A stretch of DNA of 64,000 bases. Origin: Antedon mediterranea (lineage: Eukaryota > Animalia > Echinodermata). The position numbers and the translations under genes are program-made. The first letter of the stretch is position 1. Each line of letters starts with the position of its first letter. The DNA lies in contig NC_092674.1 in NCBI RefSeq assembly GCF_964355755.1, positions 3,224,001 to 3,288,000 on the forward strand, given 5' to 3'. Below the pieces are notes generated by a model. It was not told the DNA's origin. It ran no database searches and worked only from the letters and a program-made list of their open reading frames with translations. Below are positions 1-12,600 of this stretch, one piece after another.

Positions 1-377
1 GCCTTCCCACAAACCTCCATCATCACTTCTTTTCGAGATAAATTTTAGGAGGTACTGTATTTTGATAAACCGGACCGACCATTGATAATACTAGCAATTA
101 AGTTTTTATTTTTATTGTTAAGACGAATATAAATCTGTGATAATATGAAAAAGTCCTCTAACGGAGACTCAAACCCGGAACCTTCTGCTTGATATGCCGA
201 TGTCCAACCATTAGACCACTCATTGGCTTTATGATACATGATTACATTTGATTAGATAATGACCCTTTAACACTCTATACAGTTAGAATGGAATATTGCA
301 AAAACCAATGATACCCAAAATGAATAGACTAAAAATGAAAACTTGAGGGGAAAAAATGTTGAACATTTCATAGCTAA

Positions 378-523
378 AGCTCTGTCAACACTATCAAATG
401 TGATGTGCGTGCCTATATATGGACATGATGAATTCATATCACTACCGTATTTAAGCATATCACTATATATTTGGGCACATCACACTTTTTTTGTCAAACT
501 AGTTTGATAATGTAGACAGAGCT
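378..523. mobile_element. PIF/Harbinger (Tourist-like) MITE, a high-copy family in this window
   Basis: TIR AGCTCTGTCTACACTATCAAA with TAA/TTA flanks. Other copies near 2545-2709, 3571-3715, 4117-4215, 5894-6056, 11666-11785, 15441-15582, 16729-16874, 21604-21705, 23047-23190, 23885-24037, 24432-24580, 26255-26416, 28377-28503. Confidence 0.8.
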
Positions 524-594
524 TTAGTAGAAGATACACTTTATGATTAGATGAATAACGACAAGCCTCTCTTTAAATTCTTACTCCCAATTAG

Positions 595-665
595 ATGTAA
601 AGAAGAAAGAGCCTGTGATTTGTCAGTTCACTACACCAGAGCCTGATGAAAGGGCACGCCTACAG
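595..665 (+). CDS. MLXIP: Mondo/MLXIP exon (MCR region, YVKKKEPVICQFTTPEPDERARLQ)
   Basis: ttag acceptor and gtact donor; resembles the Mondo YxxKRKxPVCxFxTPL motif. Confidence 0.8.
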
Positions 666-3600
666 GTACTGTATGTCTGCATTATGTTTGTGAATTACCA
701 TTTTTGCTTGCGTAGAATATAGTGCTTCCAGCATTTCTTTTAAAGTGGTATTAATATTTGCGCCGTATCTTGTTAATTTAAACCCTTGAGACAAATTTAT
801 ATGATGGTCTTAAATGTTCCAATGAGAAAATACTTTTTTAGACATTTAACCGATGTACGATAATCACACTTTTAGCCTTTGAATAGTAAATAAAGTATGT
901 ATACGTTTCATTTTTCTTCGTAATTGTATTTCCCGAAGTAACAGAATGGACTGTGAACGTAACGTTTGAGGATGAACAAATTTGAGGATAGAATGTAGCC
1001 AAAAACTAGACTCTACTGACAAAAATGGCTTTAATAATAACATTACTATATCTTATCTACAGTTTAGTCCTTATTTAATTTACTTATTAGATGTTAATCT
1101 ACTTCTGTGAAAGCCGCTTAAAAATCTATATATTATTTTTTATTTTAGATAATTGACTTAATTATTATAAGCTATAGTTGAACCTTGACATGTTTTAGTA
1201 GGCAAACTGCGGAAACAGACCAGGGGCCTGAAAACAGATTTGATTGTCCTGGGAATTGTGGCTGATATTTTGCAATATATTTTTACATGATCAGTTTTGT
1301 TTCTTATTTCTCAGGCTGATATAATTCAAGGCGGCAACGCTAACCTACCGCATCCCTCAAACCTTGGAATGCATATTCAACATTATAAGAATTGGAGGCT
1401 CTACCACAAAGATGTTGTCAAGGTATGTTGAGGTACTGGAAGTTTCCCCCCAGTCAAAAGGATATTTTAAGGCCTTTTATCATCTTTCCAAATATCATCC
1501 TAAGTAGCCTCTTATTAAATTAATAGAGAGCTTTCGTTTGTGGATGACGTATGTCATTGGCAGGAGATAATAATGTATACAAAGATAACCCTTGCATATA
1601 AGCTCAGTTACGCCGTTTTGTTCTGGATTGTCATGTGAACGAGTTAACGTTCTTTCATTGTCTGCCATCCCATGAGCTTGCTGTTAAAGATGTATTGTCT
1701 CCCAAATACATGAAAAATGAAGATTGATTTTTTACTTACTTGCATTCATTTTTTAGAATATTGTTATGTGTTATGATATGGACTTTGTTCTGAAGTAAAA
1801 GTGAATTGAATTGAATTACTTAAAAACAGACTTTGAATAGGTTATTTTGTAGTTTTAATAAATTTAATCACTTCAGTAGAAAAAAAAATGAAAAAAAAAA
1901 TAATGTTTTAACTTATAAAATGACAAAATAAATGGTAACATTCAACCAAAAAATCATTGGCTAGCTACATTTTTTTCAGGTAAATATAATTTTTTTAGAT
2001 CTAACTTTTGGTAAACATGGATAATTATTATGTGACATTAAAATGGCATATTCAACTTGTTGCACATCTCATTGAGACTGTGCCTCTGACTTAAAAGAGA
2101 TACAATAAAAGTTCAGTTCAACAACAAGAAAATATTTTTGCGGGGGAATAATACATCTTTAACAAAGATTGCTTAATTATTTCTGTAGCTACACCCCCCT
2201 CGCAATAATGTGTGTTTACAGATTATAAATTACTAGCTCATTGATTTTTGTTCAAACACCCACGATTTCAGAGATTTCATTCATAATATAATAGTAAATA
2301 ATAGGGGTCAAACAACTTTCCTTTATAACAGTAGAAGGTAAGGTTTGGTGATCCGTAAAAAAATGTTTTTGGAGACGATGATGCATTTTAAAAGTTATTA
2401 TAAGATGGAATTAAATGCGTTTATTGAATATGGTCTATGGTCTACTGACTAACCAAAGACATTACTGAGACCATCCCTAATTAAAGGATTACCTGTTATA
2501 GGACCACTTTTAATTATAATTGTTAAAACTGCATTAGTGTCTAAAGCTTTGTCTACACTATCAAACTAGTTTGACAAAAAAGTGTGACATGCCCAAATAT
2601 GTTAGAGATATTCCCAAATATGGTAGTTACTATATATGACATGTCGTGTCTATATATGGGCACATCACATTTTTTTGTCACATAGAGTTTGATTGTGTAG
2701 ACATTGCTTTATTATAAACCTGGATAATAAAGATTGCTAAAAATAGAAATTATGAACAAGATCAGATGACACATATTTAGCGGTCTACTGATAGATTGGC
2801 CCACTTTTTTCTAATTTACATAATTGACCCAAATATGAGGTCAAATCATTATTAAAAACAATTCAAGTTTAATAATAATAATGAGGGCCTGGAGAAAAAG
2901 TTGAGATGTGTAATCCCAACCATGCTTGTGGGACGTCATCAGTTTAATCAATTCTTGAATCTTAATATTTAATACCTCATGTACAGTATCTCATGAATGT
3001 CAGTTCATGTTTTTAGTAGTCTCCCCCCTCCCCCTCTCCCTTTCCATGGATCTCACATTAGGGAGTTATATTATACTCAAGCATAGGATTATGTACATAT
3101 TCAGTCATAATATACTACTACAGTTAACTCTCCCAATACCAGACACCTTTGGGCTGGCCAAATATGTTTTCTGGAAAGTCTGGTATTCGGAATATGTTTT
3201 TAATAGTAAAAAGGAATTGGGGCCTTTTGGACCTCTAAAAAAGACTGGTATTGGGAGAGTTTACGGTTTTCAGAGAGTCCGGTATTGGGAGACTTGACTA
3301 TACTAGCAAAAGCCAAAACTCTCAAAGTGCGAGTACATTAATCATTTGCGTCCTTTCCACAGTGTTCATCTGCCAAAAAGGATGACCCAGAGGACTATGC
3401 CATCGATTTGGATAAATCGCACCCACCCCTATCCCCCATGTTGGCGAAGAACCTCGCCAACGACGACACTCTTAAAGACTTCTCAGACACGCTCTTCATC
3501 AGCCGCACGAAGAAAAAATTTGCGGCACCAACTGCTAAAGAAATAAGTAAGATTTTAAAAAATCTTTCTAAAGCTTTGTCTACACTATCAAACTTTATGT

Positions 3601-6600
3601 GCCAAATAATGTGATGTGCCAAATAATGTGATGTGCCCATATATGGGCATGATGATGTCATATCAATACCATATTTAGGTACATCACACTTTTTTGTCAA
3701 ACTAGTTTGATGATAAAGAATTTTATTAAAGGTTGACAAAGGTCTGGTTTTGCTTAAATTGGTTTTTTTTCTGATTCTCTATGCTATAATGAAAACTGTG
3801 TTTCGAGGAATTCATTTCTGATTCTTTAACACCGCATATAAATCGTTGAAGAACGTCGACCACAAATTGCCTGGATAAACCTTTTACATGATTCTGTATA
3901 AAGTGATTCAATGTATTTTCCACGTAATTCAGATATGTCATCCATCTTTACTGTAATGTTATACATTTGCTGTTGTGAAAAATCAGTTCTATGTTTAATT
4001 CCTTATCTTTATGTTAAATGAATAGTGAAAATTATTAATAAAAGAAAATGTTATACAGGCTGACATTTCAAGAAAATATGTAAGAAACGAAATGTATATT
4101 GCTGTCCTGTATTAAAGCTCTGTATTACACTATCAAACTTAATGTTATAAAACAATGTGATGTGCCCATATATGGACATGATGATGTCATATCACTAACA
4201 TTTGATAGTGTAGACTGAACTTGACTTATGGCAAATGTTTTTAATTTAATATTGTATAAAATGTGTGTGTTTTTTTTTAATAGTACGAAAGGCGCATATA
4301 TCAGATATAATTCAGCCAAGTCTGATGACCCTTGAACCTGATCTAGATGAAGATTTTTTTATGGACACATTAGAATCATTAACAGGTACTTGAAACTTAA
4401 AGATGTATTGTCCCCCAAAAACATGAAAAAATAAAGATGAATACAATCAGATTTTGAATAGGCCATTTTGTAATATTAATATTAAAGTTAATAATCACTT
4501 CCAAAGCCAAAAAAAAAAAAAAATTATGTTTTTATTATAAAAAGACAAAATTAATAGTTAAATTCAGACATTGAATAGGCCATATTTGTAGTTTTAATAT
4601 TAAAGTTAATAACTTCCAAAGAAAAAAAATATAAAACAAATTATGTTTTTTACTTAAAAAATTACAAATGATTGTATCTAATTTTTGGTCAAAGTGGTTA
4701 ACTATTATGTGACATTAAAGTGGCATAATCAACAAAAATATTTTAAGAATAATTTTGTCAGGGCGACAATACATCTTTAATTGTTACATTTTATTAACAT
4801 TAACACAACATTTACTGAATTTTCACAATCTAATGTTCTTATATTACTATATTAATAGACTGGGTATGAATTCAATCAATCAATCAATCAATCGTTCGAT
4901 TTATATAGCGCCATTCCAACATTCATTGCTCAAGGCGCTGAGTTCCTATAGCATTCGTGCCCCCCACCCCACCTTTCCCCAAAATTAAGCACACATTGAG
5001 CCAAGTTGCATTTTGAATTCCTGATGTACTGTAGAAGTGATAATGTCAACACTGTCATTCCAGTTGTTCAGAATTTGACCTATATAACATAACCTTAATA
5101 ATGTAATCAACAACAGATGTTATACTGTAATGTCACATTTTATTTTGTAATTAACATTAGTAAATGTTCAACATTGGTTACTTTCTATCAAATTCATGGC
5201 TTGTTTTTTTAATTGCCATAATTTAAATACTAGTCAGAACTAATAACCAGTGGACCAGTGAAAATTACTACCATATATAAGCACAGTACATTGAAATGGT
5301 AATTTGGGACAGTAAAATGGCATGGGCTAGTGTGATAGGTATAACTAGTTTACTGGACTAGTTGAGTACCAACTATAACATCAATAAATGATGTTTGTCT
5401 TTGATATTTATTTCTGTAGACAAGTTTTACAAATAACATGAAAACATTGCATTAGATGATGATTAGATAATGTTTATGCTGTATTTATAAGTATTAGTAT
5501 TAGTAATAAAAGATTTTCATTTTTCAGCTAGATTTTTATTATTTATATTATAATAACATCTTGGAATATTATGAACATAAGCCATAAAACATTTGGTTTG
5601 ATTTGGCTTTAGGTTTTAACATGGTGACATTCTTATGATTTACTGCCCTGGTTTAAGACATGCTGACATATCATAAGAGATATATAGTGATGGCTTAAGT
5701 TATTTTGCAACATATGTTTATGCGAAAGAAATCTAGTTTATCAAGTGTCAGATTATCGTAATTGATAAAAATCAAAACAAAATTAAGAAGCTGTAGATGT
5801 TTTAATTTAATTTTAACGTTAGTTGCACAATTATTATGTAAATAATTCAAGTTGGTATTATTTCAATAAATTAGTTTTAGGACAAGATGTAACAGCTCTG
5901 TCTACACTATCAAACTTGTATGTGACAAAACAAATGTGATTTGCCCAGATATGGACATGATGATTTCATATCACTACCGTATTTGGGCATATCACTGCCA
6001 TATTTGGGCACATCACACTTCTTTTGTCAAACTAGTTTTATAGTGTAAACAGAGCTTAACAAATTAGCTAATAAATTAACAGTAATCTAATCAAATATTT
6101 ACTGAATTATTTTAGAAGATAAAAAATATGGTATAAATATGGATAGTTTAGACAGTATATATTTTAATTTTTGTATTTATTTCTACCTTATTATGCGTAC
6201 ACATTCTCATACGGTAGAATATTGTAATATTTATAATGGTTTTGTAATGTCGTTTAGAGAGAATATCAAAGAAGATTCTCTTGCCACTCGTGATTGATGG
6301 TTTTAATTTACAATTTATTGTAATTGTGTGTCGTTTTTGGACAGTGCAGATTACCAAATTCGTATGAAGAACTTGATAGTACAAATCGATATTGATAGAA
6401 ACAAATTGGAATATTCAAATACTTAATTGGTGATTAAGTGGATAAATTAATTAAATCTCATTATTGCCAATTCATAATTGATTTTCTACATCGGTAATCT
6501 TCCTTCCAAACAGCATTTATCTAAAGTGACTAGTTATTTAGGATACATGATATTGTGTTTGTTTCTCTATAATATTATCAATTTCCTTTTCATTCGGAAA

Positions 6601-9600
6601 TATTTCATCAACAAACGCACAAACAGAAAAAGAAAATTCTCAAACTCTAAGCTTAAATATATAGGATACTTCTCCAACTACAATTCATTTTTTAGTTATG
6701 GAGCATATAATATGGTAGAACCCCTATTGAGATTACACCTTCAAGACAGTGTCCCCTTAATAGAGGTTTTTCTTGTCAATAGTGGTTAGCCATAGCGTTA
6801 AAACATATTGCAGTAGTAGTAGGGATCTTCCAAAGAAGCATTCTTCTGTATTTGTAATTGTAGTCTAATGCCAGTCAGTTCATATGGACAATACTATTAG
6901 CTCCATGCGATTATGTAGTAATTCGTGGTTTAATAATAATAATATCATTGTAGGTATATAAAGTGCTTAATAATGATACGTCAATATTATATGGCACTTA
7001 ATGCACAAAGCCTGTAATCGCCTCACATTATCCAGAATGTTGTGAAACTTTTAAGCGCTGTATATACAGTTAGTATTACCCCGGTTATTTTTTTATCAAA
7101 CACGTTCAAATATGTATCCCATAATGCAGCTAGTAATCACCGCAAAATTGTGCCTTGACCTTACCAGGTACCCATTTGTACACGTGGGTGAAGAGAAGCA
7201 ATATAATATGTTGTTTGTGGGTGTTTTAATAGAAATTCTTACAATATAAAGTATAGTAATAGTATAGTAATAACAATAACCTGCAAACTCTGTTTATACA
7301 ATAATTACATATTTTAAAAATGTCTTTTTCTAGACTTGCTAACCAAAACACCAACCAAGGACAATAGTATGGGCTCTATGCCAATGTGTGGCAATTCCTA
7401 TGGTGGTTTAATGAGAAGTGACTCATTAGGACATGTGAGTTAAGCAATTAATGAGTCACAATTTAACACGTTCTTCTAGTACATTTTAAGAAAAGCAATG
7501 TAATGTGTCACATTAAATTCAATAGATAGACAACAGAACAAAAAAATAAAATTAAATGAATATATGATGTTGTAATTAAACATGTGACCACACCATCAGA
7601 AAATTGTCACCAAGAATTAAATCATAAACATTTTTTTTTTAATGTGGCATCACCTAAAAAGCAAAATACAAATTGGAAAAAGATATTATTAAATACAGTC
7701 AACTCTCCCAATACCGGACTCTCTGAAAACCAGAAACTATCCCAAAATTAGAAAACTCTCCCAATACCAGACTTTTCTTGAAGTCCAAACAGTCCCATTA
7801 AAAACACATTCCGACTTCTCGAAAGACCAGACATATTTGGCCAGCCCAAAGGTGTCCGGTATTGGGAGAGTTGACTATATAATGAAACAATATTTCAGAT
7901 ATGGCCTAATATAATTGATATAAATTCTAAAATTGTAGAAAAATCTTTTTTTCCTATTGCAGGATCAACTATCCAGCTCCATATATGGTGAAATGATGAG
8001 TACAGATGCGTCTTACCCGGTTGTAGTGCAGTCGTCCAGCAAACCGCGCACAGTCAGTTTCAACACTATCCCGTCACCGACATCGCGCCAACTATTCAAC
8101 TCTAACGAGCCCCAGATGCAGTTCAACCAGTTCCCGATGTCCATGCCACAGAACAACCAAATGGAAGGAAACTTTGTGAGTGATATGGGCGTCTCGGAAG
8201 TTGATATAATAGATGATTTGCTAAATTCTTTCTCAACAGCAAACTATAGTTTTCAGACAATGCATCCTGTGTCTACCACTCCTGTTGACGTCATGACGAA
8301 TTTTGGAAATCAAGTGCAAATGGTAACTAAACTGAATGAATAAAAAAATTAATAGAGTTCATTTGAGTAGGCAGCCTCCCACAAGTTATCACTGGCTTTA
8401 TCATTCTCTCTTGAATTAAAATTTTTTTTTTTTTTAGAAAAAGACAAAATAAATGGTTAAATTTAACCAGAAACCCATTGGATCAATTCAACTATTTTTT
8501 GTTACAGTTTTACAATACAATATATTTTTTTCAATCCAATTTTTGGTTAAAGTGGATAACTATTATGGGACATCAAAATGGCATATTCAACAAGCAAAAA
8601 GGTCTAAGAATAAGTTTAAACAAGCCTTTAATCTGACATCAGCAACAAATCCACACTATGCCTATCACTAGATCACAGATAAGATAAATCAACTGAGTTT
8701 TACATTATAATTCTTTTTTACAGGCGACTTCAAATACTAAAATGGAACCTGTCAGTCCCATAATGCATCAGTGCAATAGCAACGTTTCCAGCGTTGTATC
8801 CTCTCCTGGAAACGTTCCTCAATCCATGTCGGAACAAACCCAAAATGAACTAATCGCATCGTTGAACACCTGGGTTAAACCGACGGCGTCAGCTACCGCC
8901 GGTTGGGATCCTACTACCATGGTGATTACAACCGAATCCGGTATGCAACCGATACCGATGGCTATACGTATAGCACAGACGCCGACAAGTTACTATTCGC
9001 AAGAAAACATGGACTTTGAAAACTCGAATGTCTCTACTTACAACCAATCTTTGCAGACAAATACTAGAAGAGGTTTGATTTAGATAACAATAAAGACAAA
9101 ATTTCTTTATATTTTAGATAGAGTAAAGAAATATAAATAAATAAATAAAAAGTTGAAAATACAACATGCTCTAAACTTTTTTCAAATAAATTGTCCAAAA
9201 AATATATTAAATAAAACAATAATTTTAAAATTCCTCAGTTAAAAGTGATGCTATTTGATTCATTGTTATTATGATAGTTTTTATTTTTTATAATCAGAGC
9301 GAGCAAAGACAGCAAGTCCTCGTCAATACAGGACGCTGGCGCCCCTTCCTGAGGCCATCGGATCTGCCTTATCTGTAAAGGTAGGTAGCATGCTTACTGA
9401 GAGTTTGCCGTGGTAGTAAATATTTATACCAATACAGAATACAATATAATACTTTGTGTAGATCCTTGGAGGTTGATTTCGAAGGAGAACAATTTTGTAG
9501 AAAAGTTTTTTGAAAGAAAAATATGTAATTTTACATTTTACTAAATTAAAATTTAAAATGTTTTGATGCATTTTACTTCTGTTGTATTACTCTCATGGCA

Positions 9601-12600
9601 ACGCCTTTTTGGTTTAAGTAGATTAAATTCACACTTAGACTATATAGAAAAAAATATTTAAAATATAAACATGTGTAAATACAAGCAAATTGAAAATGAT
9701 ATATTGTATTCTGTATTGGAATTGTAGAATAAAATATCTGCTTTTACAGTACAATGTAACAGAATTGTTGAAAATTGTAAAGAAATGCCATGTTACAATT
9801 TGACTAGTAGTCAATTTACTCCTACGACAAAAATATGTTTTGTATAAGGGATCATGTCAAAATATTCTTGTGCAGTTACTGCAGTAATTACATTTTGTTT
9901 AATGCAATTAGCATGATTTTTTCAATCGTACACACTATTGTAATCCATTTTTCAAAAAATTTTTTTTAAACATTAAAAATAATTATACATATTATACAAT
10001 TGTACATTACTGCAGTAACTGCAGTAGAATATTGTTCACATGATTTCTAAATATGATAATTAATTGATACATCTATCATAAAACAATCTATGATTGGACA
10101 TTTTATGTGGTTTGGTGAAACTTGATAAAACACTTTTTTTTATATTTTTATTAGTTATTGTTAAAGGTAGGTGTATTGTTTTTTTTTTTTTACACTAATA
10201 TTTGCATATATTTGCATATCATTGCCCTACTACGTATGTTTTCCTAGTTGGATTCGAAAGATCGTGGTAAACAAAGTCCCACGAGTGATCGAGAAGCGTT
10301 AACCCCGGTGCTAACTCCTGGCTACCTGTCTACAGCATCTAGTGAGTAATGGTGTTGAGTGTCTATACTCTGCTGCCACCGCGTCTCCTCAGACAATGTT
10401 ATTTGCACTATGTGAACCTCAGGTTACTCTGTGAACCCCTGGTTCACTTGCGGCAAGTATACCGCGGCGTTTGATCCACGCCGTGGATTTTGCTTTTTAT
10501 CACCTTGTTTTTTTTCTAAATATAATATGTATATTTTCTTATAATTTTCATTTATTAAATTTTTCATATTTTAACCCGTTTTCACTTTCAACAACAAATA
10601 TATATCCCGGGATTAAATTCTTAGTGGTATAGAGGTAGATTCCCAGGCTTATGTTCTAAAGTGCATAGGTTCGAATCCACAAAATAATCATTTGCAGGGA
10701 TCCCATTATTCTAATTAGTAGACAATATTTGCTTTTATCGTAGAAAAACGTAAAAAATATGAGTGACATGTTGTCATATGTAGGATGTCCATATTTCACA
10801 AGTTATTTTTAATAATAATAATTTAGTTGATTATGTAAAGAAATGTAATTTTAAACACTACCCTATGCTTAATCTTGTTGGTGTAATGCTCATATAATAA
10901 TAAGAATTGATAAAAACATTAGTTTGAATTTATATAATAATTCAAAACTCAAAACCCCCTTTTAGCACATTTTGCTGTGTTCAAATGAATGCTGTGTTGT
11001 TTTTAAACTATAAGAAAATAATTATATTCATTTGTATCATATTAGATAGGTTGTAAAAATATTCTCTGCCACTACTTAAAAAAAACACACACAAAAAATC
11101 AAAAAATCATACAAAATTGTAATTTATGTACGTTGTATAATTTTTAATTATATCAATTTCTTTTTTTAGTGAAGTACCTAATTGATTTTTTTGTTTTAGA
11201 TGCCGAATAATTTAATATTCTTATTTTTAACTTCCTTTTAGGTATGGAATATTCTTATTTAGACAAATAACTACAAATAATTAATTATCAATAAATCTTC
11301 TATTTTTATACAAATTAGGCCCATAAGAATCCCACACAACATTTATCTGTTAATTTGTAATAAAAAATTGCAGATTTTTAACAACCACTTTCTAGTGGTA
11401 AGTACACCCTATACAACAGTATTACTTATTATATACTGGTTGTTTTCAGTGAAAAATACATACTGTAAATATATGATGTGTATGATAAAATATGTTTTGT
11501 GCCATTATTTCTATCTATGATTCAGTATTTTGTCGCTTTTTACTCCACAGGTACAGCTTCTTCTCCTGGTGGGCCTAATGATCCAAACACTCCTACAGAA
11601 TTTGAGGTAAAGTTTGAATCCTTTGAATTGACAATTTCATCACATACATTTGTTGATATATATAAGGCCTTGTCTACACTATCAAATTTTATGTGACAAA
11701 AAAATGTGATGTGCCCATATATGGGCATGATGATTTCATATCACTATCATACTTTTTGGTCAAACTAATTTGATAGTGTAGTCAATAGCATGTTGCATCT
11801 TGTTTTGTTTTTGTTTATATATTTAGCAAATTGCCAAGGGTAACCATAAGCGAATTCCTTCACTATCCTCTTTAAAGATGGCAATCATGTTTACAAGACA
11901 AACATATACACACAAGACGCTCTACAAACAAAGACTTATTACCAGTCTTGGAGTGTGGAGTTGTTATTTGTCATTAGAAAAAATCCTAAATGACAGGACT
12001 TTAATCCAGGACCCTTGGATTGGTAGCCAAGCATCATAACCACCAAGCCACAACTCCACTGTATTAACATTACTTTTTTTTGGTTTTGTAGTTTCAGGCC
12101 CCAAGGTCGAAAAAGAAACGTTCAGAATTAGATGGTAAACAAAGAGTAAGTAGAATTGAACAAAACTAACCAAGATTTGTTTTCTGTTAAAATTTTTGTG
12201 ATTTTACTTAAGGATCTTTATCAAGTCTTCATGTTTATCTGGTCTTCATGAAGAGTGTGACAAAGGCCGGTTTCAGAATTGTTATATTGGATTTCTTTTG
12301 TCCCCAAAATCGAGTAAAGGGCTTGAGGGGGCTATTGAAAGATTGATTAATAAGCCCCTTGGCTAATCGAGAAATTTGCTGGCAATGACAGCATGTTTTC
12401 AATCACAGATTTCTTGGGTCCAATTTGGAAGTCACTTAAGACATCAAAGAATTAATTAAAACTGAATTAACATTAATTAAAGAAATATGTAGACAACGAC
12501 GTTTTATTTACACAAGCGTTTTCAAATACGTATTTTACTTAAATTGCGATACAGGAACAACGCAGGAGGATACAACATTTATCGTCAGAACACAAAAGAA

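Noticed and set aside
150-230. tRNA-like sequences (here on the minus strand; also ~10620-10680, ~11990-12060, ~13345-13400)
   Set aside because: Only degenerate A/B boxes, with no complete cloverleaf; likely decayed SINE heads
267-458. Recurrent short ORFs containing CPY(M/I)G / DSVDxAL peptides
   Set aside because: They are translations of copies of the non-coding Harbinger-type MITE
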